32,000 bases of DNA from Pseudothioglobus sp. nBUS_23 (GTDB lineage Bacteria > Pseudomonadota > Gammaproteobacteria > PS1 > Pseudothioglobaceae), in NCBI RefSeq assembly GCF_051201565.1, contig NZ_CP179200.1, forward strand, positions 1,680,001 through 1,712,000, read 5' to 3'. This document shows, one piece after another, positions 17,940 to 26,551 of this stretch. Position numbers and translations under genes: made by a program. The number at the start of each line of letters is the position of its first letter. Within the stretch, counting starts at the first letter, position 1. Below the pieces are notes generated by a model. The model did no database searches. It was not told the DNA's origin and worked only from the letters and a program-made list of their open reading frames with translations.

Positions 17940-19016
17940 TTATGGCAAGAGAACCAACTTACCCACATACTTCTTTGATACAAAGTCTTTTTGAGCAGCA
18001 ATAATATCTTTTAAAGGATAAGTCTTAGAAACGAGGGGTGTTATTTCGTTTCTTTCGATATATCCAATTAAATTTTCAAAAACTTTTCGATCTTGAAAAG
18101 TACACCCTATCAAAACCAAGTCTTTTAAGTAAAGTGTTCTAATATCAAGTTCAACAATTGGTCCTGCGATAGCCCCAGCTGCTGCATACCTTCCACCTTT
18201 TTTTAATACATCTAGCAAATCTCCCCAGCGCTCCCCTGCAACTAGATCAATAACCACATCAATACTCTCATTTTCTATAGAGTCTGTTAATTTATCCTCT
18301 CTATTAACAACGGCATTTGCACCGATCTCTTGTACTAAATCTGACTTCGCTTTACTTGAAACCGCAACAACACTAGCGCCCCGTCTCTTAGCCAGCTTTA
18401 TAGCAGCTGACCCAACACCTCCAGAAGCTCCAGTTATAAGAACAACTTCACCCTCTTTAACACCTGAACGCTCCATTAGGTTTTCTGCTGTCGAGTATGC
18501 ACAGGGTATAGATGCCAGTTCCGCATTCGACCAATTACTTTCAACCTTGAAACTTTCATCACTAAAAGCGACCATATACTGAGCAAAAGCCCCGTCACAC
18601 TCAGAGCCCATTGTCCAGCACTCATAGGGCCTGTAATCTACTGCATACTGCTGCATTGTCCTAACCAATACTCGCTCACCAATTCGACCAGCATCGACAT
18701 CATCTCCAACAATAACGATTTCTCCATAGCAGTCTGCGCCCTGAATGATTGGAAATTCTAAAGGCTCACCAGACCAACTTCCATCTCCATCTTCCCCTTG
18801 GGAATTACTAGCGTTGGTTTCGCCTTTGACTGACTTTGAATACCAAGCAGTTCGGGTGTTAATATCGGTATTGTTGATACCTGCCCCTAAAACCTTGATC
18901 AAAACTTGATCTGAATTAGGGGTGGGGACTTCAATGTCATTTCGGTACTCAAGCACCTCATAACCACCATGGCCAGTTGTCAAAACTGCGTTCATTGTTT
19001 TTGGGATTATGCTCAT
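17940..19016 (-). CDS. Medium-chain dehydrogenase/reductase (MDR) family oxidoreductase, quinone-oxidoreductase-like
   Basis: 358 aa, with the GroES-like N-domain (VLIKVLGAGINNTD) and the Rossmann motif VLITGASGGVGSAAIKLAKRRGA. I saw no obvious structural-zinc Cys cluster. Confidence 0.8.
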   Translation of the reverse strand: MSIIPKTMNAVLTTGHGGYEVLEYRNDIEVPTPNSDQVLIKVLGAGINNTDINTRTAWYSKSVKGETNASNSQGEDGDGSWSGEPLEFPIIQGADCYGEIVIVGDDVDAGRIGERVLVRTMQQYAVDYRPYECWTMGSECDGAFAQYMVAFSDESFKVESNWSNAELASIPCAYSTAENLMERSGVKEGEVVLITGASGGVGSAAIKLAKRRGASVVAVSSKAKSDLVQEIGANAVVNREDKLTDSIENESIDVVIDLVAGERWGDLLDVLKKGGRYAAAGAIAGPIVELDIRTLYLKDLVLIGCTFQDRKVFENLIGYIERNEITPLVSKTYPLKDIIAAQKDFVSKKYVGKLVLLP

Positions 19017-19020
19017 GCTT

Positions 19021-20070
19021 CTAATTATTATTTGAAAATTTAATTATAGTATTTGAAGTGTAGGTTTCGCCCACTTTTAAAATTGGGCTTTCAAAGTTAT
19101 CCTGATTGATTGCGTCAGGAAAAAATTGAGTTTCCATACAAAGACCATAATTTTTTCCATAAGTTCTCTGATTCTTGCCTTGGTACTCAGGATGCATGTT
19201 GCCACCCGTATAAAACTGAAGTCCAGGTTGGTCACTTGAGTACTGAACCCCCATCCCTGTTAGATTACTCCATACCCTTGCCACTGGCTTCATTTCTTTT
19301 TCGTTATTAACAACATAGTTAATATCAATACCGCCTTGATCTATAAGCTCTTTCGAAATAGGGTTGCTTTCTAGGAAGTCATATTTGGTATTAGCAACAT
19401 TTAAGAGATTGCCATTGGGTATTAGGTCTGACTCTACCTCACAAACCTGATTCCCAAAAATCTGAGCACTATGGTTAAGAATTTTTCCATAATAATCATT
19501 GTGACCATGAAAGTTCCAATAGTTATGATTCGTAATGTTGACAATAGTGTCTTCATCTGTCGTAGCCGAGTAACAAATTGAAAATTCGTTCTTGCTATTG
19601 AACTTATATTGAGTAGTGCAGGATAAATTACCAGGATATTTTTCTTCTAGATGTGAAGATAGATAGGACATTGATACGATGACTTCGTCTTTATTCTCAT
19701 CAATTGAATCTATCGACCAAAGCCTCTTATTAAAGCCTGTGCTTCCTCCATGAAGATGATTATTTCCATTGTTATTATTTAATTTATATTTTTTATTGTT
19801 AAGTGTAAATTTAGCATCCTTCATTCGATTGCAGACTCTTCCAGTAATTACATTGAAAAAGCTTCTATCCGTTATACAACCTAAAGGATCTTCATAGCCG
19901 AGAATTACATCCTCAGTTAATTCTGGATTATTTTCATAAGGAATTAAAACTTGATGGATATAGCCACCGAAATTTGAAAATGAAACACTGAAATTATTTT
20001 CATTTGTAATACTAACAAGATAAATAGCCTGATTATCTATGCTAGAAATTAATTCTTTGGTAATTTTCAT
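19021..20070 (-). CDS. galM: Aldose 1-epimerase (mutarotase) family protein
   Basis: 349 aa with the three catalytic-site motifs: NHLHGG, NITNHNYWNF and CMETQFFPDA. Confidence 0.85.
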   Translation of the reverse strand: MKITKELISSIDNQAIYLVSITNENNFSVSFSNFGGYIHQVLIPYENNPELTEDVILGYEDPLGCITDRSFFNVITGRVCNRMKDAKFTLNNKKYKLNNNNGNNHLHGGSTGFNKRLWSIDSIDENKDEVIVSMSYLSSHLEEKYPGNLSCTTQYKFNSKNEFSICYSATTDEDTIVNITNHNYWNFHGHNDYYGKILNHSAQIFGNQVCEVESDLIPNGNLLNVANTKYDFLESNPISKELIDQGGIDINYVVNNEKEMKPVARVWSNLTGMGVQYSSDQPGLQFYTGGNMHPEYQGKNQRTYGKNYGLCMETQFFPDAINQDNFESPILKVGETYTSNTIIKFSNNN

Positions 20071-20102
20071 ATGTTCTTGAGTAGAAATTAATCTCTTAAA
20101 GT

Positions 20103-21419
20103 TTAGCTTAACAAATCTTTTTCAAATGGATAACTTGTTAATAGTTCATAGCCACTTTCAGTGATTAACACCTGCTCTTCAAGTTTCACACCAGGTCCTC
20201 CGCTATATCTTCCAACATAAGTCTCAACACACATCACCATCCCAGGCTGAAGAACCCCGTCAAAACTGTTCTCATTGAGCTCCCAGCTAAATGGTATTGC
20301 AGGAAACTCATCACACAAACCTACGCCATGAAAAAGGACCGAGTAATGGCGAAACTCATCCTTTGAGTACTCTTTAGAGTTCAGTGTTAACTCTTTAAAT
20401 GTGGTGCCTGGTTTTAACAACTCGATATTGTTTTGAATTTGCTCATAGCCCATGGTATAGATTTCTCTTTGCTCATCATTAGGCTTTTCATCACCACATA
20501 GCCATGTCCGAGACATATCAGTACAGTAGCCGTAAGAGCCAACTAGGTCTGTATCAAAACCCATTAATTCGCCGCTTAATATAGGTCGAGATGAACACTC
20601 CTGATACCAAGGGTTTGCTCTGGGGCCCGAAGCGAGTAATCTAGTCTCAATCCACTCTGCCCCCCTTGAAACTGCCTCCATTTGAAAACGACTCCAAAGC
20701 TCTTGCTCAGTTATGCCTGGCTTAAAATGATGACGCATCAGCTCCATAGACTTTTCACATGAAAAGATTGAGCGCCTCATGGCCATCATCTCGTCATCCG
20801 ACTTAATGAGCCTAGCGAGCTCCATCACCTCTTCACCATTTGCAAGTTCTAGGCCATTTGACTGAAGCTCGTGAATCCCTTCAGGTGCACAGTGATCGAG
20901 AGCCAATCTTTTATTGCCTTTGCCATGCTCCTTGACTATATCAACAATTTCAGATGCCCATATCTTGGCCCTCTCTTTACTCTTATCTCCAGCAGTAAAA
21001 TATAGATACGTGACGGCATGTCTGACTTCAGTAATTAAGGGGTTGTGATTAGAAAGAAACTCATGTGCATCAAACTCAAAAATAATGACAGGGCCTTCAG
21101 TCATAACAAGCGCGTAACGAGCAGCGTTATGGGATGTCCACAAAGACATATTGGTGCTGTCCGTTGCATAGCGAATATTTAATGGGTCATAGAGAAGAAT
21201 ACCGGCACAGTCAAATTCAACAAGTTTTTCTCGAACTCTTTTGAGTCGATAATCCCTAATTTTGGTCATATCTGGATTGGCTAACCCAGCCTTTAGCCAT
21301 TCTGACTCAGCAAGCTCTCCTGGACCGAGTGCATGTTTATTTAGACTGTAAATATCCTCTTCACCTTTTAGGTGAGAGCCTATTTTTGCATGATGTCTTT
21401 TAGCTGCTGTAAAACTCAT
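20103..21419 (-). CDS. dddP: M24 metallopeptidase-fold protein, DddP-like (candidate DMSP lyase)
   Basis: 438 aa. It has the blocks LLYDPLNIRYATDSTNMSLW, EWIETRLLASGPRANPWYQEC, FDTDLVG and KLEEQVLITESGYELLTSYPF. Putative metal ligands are D289/D291/D301/H364/E399/E414, with spacing 2/10/63/35/15. DddP as I recall it has D295/D297/D307/H371/E406/E421. SD GAGGA lies upstream. Confidence 0.55.
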   Translation of the reverse strand: MSFTAAKRHHAKIGSHLKGEEDIYSLNKHALGPGELAESEWLKAGLANPDMTKIRDYRLKRVREKLVEFDCAGILLYDPLNIRYATDSTNMSLWTSHNAARYALVMTEGPVIIFEFDAHEFLSNHNPLITEVRHAVTYLYFTAGDKSKERAKIWASEIVDIVKEHGKGNKRLALDHCAPEGIHELQSNGLELANGEEVMELARLIKSDDEMMAMRRSIFSCEKSMELMRHHFKPGITEQELWSRFQMEAVSRGAEWIETRLLASGPRANPWYQECSSRPILSGELMGFDTDLVGSYGYCTDMSRTWLCGDEKPNDEQREIYTMGYEQIQNNIELLKPGTTFKELTLNSKEYSKDEFRHYSVLFHGVGLCDEFPAIPFSWELNENSFDGVLQPGMVMCVETYVGRYSGGPGVKLEEQVLITESGYELLTSYPFEKDLLS

Positions 21420-21436
21420 TTAATAATCCTCAATCG

Positions 21437-23851
21437 TCACCTCATTTTAGATCCAGACGGATCATAAAGGGGCTCCATAACAATAGATGCCTCTCTGAAC
21501 TCTCCCAATATCTCGACTTCAAGTTTTGCATTGGACTCAATTAATTCAACTGGAAGATAGGTCATGGCAAGAGATTTTTTAACCGAATGTCCATAGCCCC
21601 CTGAAGTAATATAAGAGACACACTCACCATTATGCATTACAGCCTCGTCACCACTGACATCGGTATCAGTATGAATTTGAATTACTGAAAGCTTTTTGCT
21701 TGGTCCATTCTTTTTCTCAGTTAAGGCTGCTTTTTTGCCTATAAAGTCCTTGTCCCAGTCCACAAAAAAATCAAGCCCTGACTCCATTATTGTAAAGTCT
21801 GGCCTAAAGTCCATAGTCCATGCGCCCCAACTCTTCTCAAGCCTCATAGACATCAACGCTCTTCCGCCAAACCACTTGAGATCCAGGTCCGCTCCAGCAT
21901 CTTCTATAGCCTCAAAGAGTTTCAGTTGGTACTGAGGGGCCACATAGATCTCATAGCCAAGCTCTCCTGTAAATGAAATTCTTACGCAGAGTGATGGCAC
22001 GCCTCCAATAAATGTGTCCCTGATATCTCTGAATTTAAATGCTTCAGAGTGCACATCTTCTCGAGTAAGCCTTGATAACAATTCTTGAGAGTTTGGACCC
22101 GATATTGCAATGCCATGAAAGTCATCTGTCATATTTTTATAAACAACATCTTGAACCCCCTCAAGATGCTTCTCAAACCAGCGAAGATGCATATTTTGGG
22201 CGACGCTTGAGCCAAACAAATAGTAGGTTTCTTCATCAATACAGGCGACTGTGAGGTCGCCGTTCAGCTTTCCACTCTCTAAAAGCATAGGTGTCAGATT
22301 CACCCTTCCAGGGCTTGGAATTCGACCCGCTAATACCTTATTCAAAAACGCTTTAGCACCCTTACCCGTAAACTTATGATTAGCAAAGTTCGCTACTTCA
22401 CTTGCTCCAACAGAGGCTCTAACCGCTTCAACTTCCTTAGCCACATAATCATGAGATCTTGACCTTTGAAAGGTTGGCTCTTCATAAGCATCCTCAGGGG
22501 AGTTAGCAAACCAAAGAGCATTTTCAAGTCCAAAAGTATCCTGCCATACTGCACCTTTTTGAGTCAAGCGATCATAGATTGAAGTAGTTTTTTGAAGCCT
22601 TCCTTTAGGCAAGGTTTCGTTAGGGAAAGTCATCACAAAGCGGCGCTCATAATTTTCAGAAGACTTGATTACGCCCCATTCAGGCGTTGCAAAATCTCCA
22701 AATCGCGCAATATCCATAGCCCAAACATCAACTGACGGCTCACCCTCAATCATCCATTCGGCTAATGTTTTACCAACGCCACCTGCTTGGCAGAATCCTG
22801 CCATGACGCCAACAGCTGTCCAGTAGTTTTTCATACCAGGAACAGGACCAATCATCGGGTTTCCATCAGGTGAGAAAACAAATGGGCCATTTATAATATT
22901 CTTAATGCCAGCTGTTCCTAATGCCGGGATTCTCTCAAATGCAAGCTCCAATCGATCGGCAATTCGGTCCAAGTCTGGCTCTAGTAGATCATGTCCAAAG
23001 GTTTGTGGTGTGCCATCCAAAGACCATGGGGTTGATCGAGGTTCATAAGTTCCCAGCAACATGCCAGTGCTCTCTTGACGGGTATAAATATTGGCCTCGA
23101 AGTCAATGCAACTTGGCAGTCTTTGGCCATCCTTTAAGTTAGCAATTTGGTCAATCTCTTCAGTAATTAAGTAGTGATGCTCCATGGGCACCACTGGCAA
23201 ATGTATTCCAGACATACGACCCAGCTCACGAGCCCAAAGACCGCCAGCATTTACAATATGTTCTGCATGGATATTGCCCTTTTCGGTCACAACATCCCAC
23301 GAACCATCTGCTCTTTGATTGGTTTCTATAACTGGTGTATGCGTATAAAACTCTGCGCCATGAACTCTAGCTGATTTGGCATAAGCATAGACAACTCCTG
23401 AAGGATCAATGTCACCATCAGATGGATCCCAAAGGGCAGCAACATAATGATCAGGATCAATTAATGGATGCTTTTCTACAACCTCATCAAGAGAGACAAA
23501 CTCCTGATTTAAACCCAATGATCTTGCATTAGAGCGCTCTCGTTTAAGGTAGTCATGCCAATTTTGATTTGAGGCTAAGTAGTAACCTCCCGTCGTATGC
23601 ATACTAATTGAATGGCCGGAGGTCTCTTCAATTTCTTTATATAGATTGATTGTATAGTCTTGGAGTTTAGAAACATTAGGATCAGAACTGACTGTATGAA
23701 ACGAGCCAGCAGCGTGCCAACTTGAACCCGAAGTTAGCTCATCTCGTTCTAAAAGAATGACATCCTTCCATCCCATTTTTGCAAGGTGAAAAAGGATTGA
23801 GCAGCCAACAACGCCGCCTCCAATTACAACCACTCTTGCCTGATCTTTCAT
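21437..23851 (-). CDS. Dimethylglycine/sarcosine dehydrogenase-type flavoenzyme (FAD DAO domain fused to a GcvT-like folate-binding domain)
   Basis: 804 aa. The N-terminus has VVVIGGGVVGCSILFHL and the covalent-flavin His motif SSWHAAG. The C-terminal roughly 350 aa are aminomethyltransferase-like (FTGELGYEIY). Confidence 0.85.
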   Translation of the reverse strand: MKDQARVVVIGGGVVGCSILFHLAKMGWKDVILLERDELTSGSSWHAAGSFHTVSSDPNVSKLQDYTINLYKEIEETSGHSISMHTTGGYYLASNQNWHDYLKRERSNARSLGLNQEFVSLDEVVEKHPLIDPDHYVAALWDPSDGDIDPSGVVYAYAKSARVHGAEFYTHTPVIETNQRADGSWDVVTEKGNIHAEHIVNAGGLWARELGRMSGIHLPVVPMEHHYLITEEIDQIANLKDGQRLPSCIDFEANIYTRQESTGMLLGTYEPRSTPWSLDGTPQTFGHDLLEPDLDRIADRLELAFERIPALGTAGIKNIINGPFVFSPDGNPMIGPVPGMKNYWTAVGVMAGFCQAGGVGKTLAEWMIEGEPSVDVWAMDIARFGDFATPEWGVIKSSENYERRFVMTFPNETLPKGRLQKTTSIYDRLTQKGAVWQDTFGLENALWFANSPEDAYEEPTFQRSRSHDYVAKEVEAVRASVGASEVANFANHKFTGKGAKAFLNKVLAGRIPSPGRVNLTPMLLESGKLNGDLTVACIDEETYYLFGSSVAQNMHLRWFEKHLEGVQDVVYKNMTDDFHGIAISGPNSQELLSRLTREDVHSEAFKFRDIRDTFIGGVPSLCVRISFTGELGYEIYVAPQYQLKLFEAIEDAGADLDLKWFGGRALMSMRLEKSWGAWTMDFRPDFTIMESGLDFFVDWDKDFIGKKAALTEKKNGPSKKLSVIQIHTDTDVSGDEAVMHNGECVSYITSGGYGHSVKKSLAMTYLPVELIESNAKLEVEILGEFREASIVMEPLYDPSGSKMR

Positions 23852-23946
23852 AATAAATCTATCTAATTAAAATTAAATGTTAATTTAAAAAACAGCGAAA
23901 CTCAAGTTAAAAAATTTAGTCAAAAATATTGAAAAAATTTAGCTCC

Positions 23947-25473
23947 TTATAAAGGTGGTGCGCCGCCTTCTGATACTCTTTTATCTACAAAACTTGAGAG
24001 TTCCTCTTCAACCTCAGATGCAAGTTTAGGTTCTTTGTAATCAGCCAAGAGCTGCTTCCATATTTTATTAGCGCGCTGAGAAGCAGTCTCAGAGCCTGCA
24101 TCTCTCCATGACTCAAAATTTCTCCAATCAGACAATAGAGGGTTGTAGTGTTCTGTTTCATATCGATCCAATGTTTGCTGAGCTGCAAAAAAATGAGCGG
24201 CAGGACCCACTTCCGCAATTGCCTCAACACCAAGCGTGTCTTTATTGACAGGAGAGGGGGTTAAAAAAGCCTCCATCATTTGACTCATCTCTGCATCCAA
24301 AATGACCTTCTCATAAGACGCACAGAGCCCGCCTTCAATCCAACCATGTCCGTGTAGGATAAAATTGACTTGCCCTAAAAGACAGGCCCATAATGACATC
24401 TGAGATTCATAAACGGACTGCTCATCTGCAGCATTCGAGGCATTTGCATTAGAGGCGCGAAGTGGGATTTTATATTTTCTTGCAAGCTGTCCACTTACAA
24501 TTGTGGCCTGTGTATATTCTGGCGTCCCAAAGGCAGGGGAGCCTGATTTCATGTCAACATTAGATGTAAAGCTTCCATAAATTGCCGGAGCACCTGGATT
24601 TACGCATTGATGAAAAGTAAGTCCAGCAAGAGACTCTGCATTCTGCTGGACAAGAGCTCCTGCAACAGTAATAGGCGCCATAGCGCCAGCCAAAGTGAAT
24701 GGGGTATAGATTACTGGCTGATTATGCTCAGCCATTTCGATTGCTCCCTCCATAAGGGCTTTATCATAAACTAGAGGTGAGTTCGCATTGACGACAGTCG
24801 TAATTGAAGGCTCTTTTAAAAGCGTTTCTTGATCAATGCCTCTTGAAATTCGAACTATTTCAATGGCATCTAACATTCTCTCACTGCCAATAGCATAACC
24901 AAATAGAGGTTTTGTGGATAATCGAGCGGCAGCTGATACCGCATGTAAATGGCGCTCTCTGACATCTAAGTCGCATGGCTCAACTGGGTAACCGCCTAGA
25001 GCATGCACAGTATTCAAGATTTCACCAAGCCTGATCAGGTTTGAGTAATCTTCAAAGTTACCCAAGATACGTCCTCTGTCAAGATCAGAAACGTTTGGAG
25101 CACTCGAGACCATGGTATTGATAAAGGACTGACCTCCAACATGAACATGCCTCTCTTTATATCTGCCATGAAGAGTAAATTCACTTGGGGTAGTGGAAAT
25201 TTTTTCCATCACGAAGTCTGGATCAAACCTAACACGTCTTCCATCACCCCCAATCATTGCGCCTTCTCTTTTGAGAATTTCGACTGCACGCGGTGACTGA
25301 ATATCCATCCCTGTGTCGCACAACACTTTCAATGACGCCTGATGAATTGACTCAATCTCATCTTCTGAAAAGATTGACATAGGTTGAAAGGGATTCTTTT
25401 TTTGACCGTAAGGAGCCTGCTGAAAGTTTGTAACTTCTCTAACGTTTTTACTTCTACCTCTTCTCACTGGCAC
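23947..25473 (-). CDS. Non-pyrrolysine MttB-superfamily methyltransferase, paralog 2
   Basis: 508 aa with the same family blocks: NSPLVYD, HNQPV, GAPAIYG, GSPAFGTPE and LLADYKEPKL. There is no in-frame TAG. The start codon at 25473 is GTG (PVRRGRSKN...). The basic N-terminus parallels paralog 1, so I kept it, but the start is uncertain. The next ATG is at residue 32. Confidence 0.8.
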   Translation of the reverse strand: MPVRRGRSKNVREVTNFQQAPYGQKKNPFQPMSIFSEDEIESIHQASLKVLCDTGMDIQSPRAVEILKREGAMIGGDGRRVRFDPDFVMEKISTTPSEFTLHGRYKERHVHVGGQSFINTMVSSAPNVSDLDRGRILGNFEDYSNLIRLGEILNTVHALGGYPVEPCDLDVRERHLHAVSAAARLSTKPLFGYAIGSERMLDAIEIVRISRGIDQETLLKEPSITTVVNANSPLVYDKALMEGAIEMAEHNQPVIYTPFTLAGAMAPITVAGALVQQNAESLAGLTFHQCVNPGAPAIYGSFTSNVDMKSGSPAFGTPEYTQATIVSGQLARKYKIPLRASNANASNAADEQSVYESQMSLWACLLGQVNFILHGHGWIEGGLCASYEKVILDAEMSQMMEAFLTPSPVNKDTLGVEAIAEVGPAAHFFAAQQTLDRYETEHYNPLLSDWRNFESWRDAGSETASQRANKIWKQLLADYKEPKLASEVEEELSSFVDKRVSEGGAPPL

Positions 25474-25535
25474 TCAACCTAATGATGTATAGAATTTGGA
25501 TGTTAAATGAATTTACATCTCAACACAAGAAAAAA

Positions 25536-26549
25536 TTAATTTCTTGGATTTTGAGCCATCCTTTCTAAAATATCAACGCCCTGTTGTTTCCAAAAATGCA
25601 ACAGATCAATAAAGATCCAATTTTCAGCAAGCATGTCTCCTTCCCTCCTGTACATATCTATGACTCTCATATCGCCTGGCTTTCCAGTTGCAGGCATACC
25701 CATAAAGCCACCTGTTGGAGTGAGTGTAAGATTAGGCCATCCAAAAAAGCCACCAAAATGGCCTTCAGCTAATTTGCAAAGATGTCCATTAGATATCCGA
25801 TCTTTAAAAGAAGCTCTAAATGGCCCTGAATGCTGCTCGGCATATCTTTCAATGGTATAGGTTGCTCCAATTCCAGCAGGCCCCCACCAGATCATATCTT
25901 CTTTCCAGCTTCTTCTAAGCTCGTCAACTAGAGGTAATTCATTAGTATGCTTCCAATCTCTCATATCCTCAACCATGAAATTTATTGAGGCAAGAGTTTT
26001 TTCACCCTCAGCGGCATCCTGCGGATCAAAAAGTAAACCTTCGTGAGTCATTGGTCCTGGCTGAACAAGATGTGCTCCAGTTTGAGGCGGGAAAGGAGTT
26101 AAACCAACTTGAATCATCACATGAGGGATATCAAAAAACATGGCTGTTTCAGTAATCTTGCCATCTTGAACTTTATTAAATTCACAGTAACGCAGAAAAG
26201 TCATTTTTCTTGATGGCTGAATGCCAAGCCACTCATTATCAAACAAGCCCATCAAGTGACCCATGGAAACGACCCAAACGGATTCAAATCCATCTATCTG
26301 GTTTCTACCAGCTATAAAAATATCCATTCTTCTTTGCATATTTTTAAGGGCATGGCGTAATGGCTGCCAGAAAACTTTAGATAATTGTTCTACATCAGAT
26401 TGTTCATTAAAAGGGTGAAACCCTCTCCAAAGATAGTCTTTACCAATATGGCTGCTTAAGACTTTTGAAATTTCATCACCCTCAGCCTTATCCAAGGCTT
26501 TGTAATAATCTAAAACTAAGTTTTTTTCTTTTTGAAAATTCTGATTCAT
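25536..26549 (-). CDS. Tandem NTF2/SnoaL-like (ester-cyclase-like) two-domain protein of unknown function
   Basis: About 337 aa. The N-half ends ...ITETAMFFDIPHVMIQVGL and the C-half ends ...LAENWIFIDLLHFWKQQGV, which indicates an internal duplication. The ORF-track start is GTG at 26555, and the ATG at 26549 lies 2 nt after the GMC stop. It is a paralog of the partial ORF at 31596-32000. Confidence 0.6.
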   Translation of the reverse strand: MNQNFQKEKNLVLDYYKALDKAEGDEISKVLSSHIGKDYLWRGFHPFNEQSDVEQLSKVFWQPLRHALKNMQRRMDIFIAGRNQIDGFESVWVVSMGHLMGLFDNEWLGIQPSRKMTFLRYCEFNKVQDGKITETAMFFDIPHVMIQVGLTPFPPQTGAHLVQPGPMTHEGLLFDPQDAAEGEKTLASINFMVEDMRDWKHTNELPLVDELRRSWKEDMIWWGPAGIGATYTIERYAEQHSGPFRASFKDRISNGHLCKLAEGHFGGFFGWPNLTLTPTGGFMGMPATGKPGDMRVIDMYRREGDMLAENWIFIDLLHFWKQQGVDILERMAQNPRN

Positions 26550-26551
26550 AT

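Noticed and set aside
17940-19016. Calling the MDR reductase AcuI (acryloyl-CoA reductase) because it lies downstream of the DddP-like gene.
   Set aside because: The similarity I can see to YhdH/AcuI is limited to the generic MDR Rossmann motif (TGASGGVGS). This protein is longer and has a distinct insert. The assignment would rest on context only.
23852-23946. Inverted repeats such as TTAAAT-GTTA-ATTTAA in the spacer between MttB paralog 2 and the DMGDH-type gene.
   Set aside because: They are composed only of A/T in a very AT-rich spacer, so they are expected by chance. No stable hairpin or U-tract is present.
25499-25519. Imperfect inverted repeat GATGT(T)AAAT-GA-ATTTACATC between the SnoaL-like gene and MttB paralog 2, considered as a terminator.
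   Set aside because: The stem is A/T-rich and bulged, the loop is tiny, and no U-tract follows on the transcribed strand. It is at best a weak operator candidate and is not supportable as a terminator.
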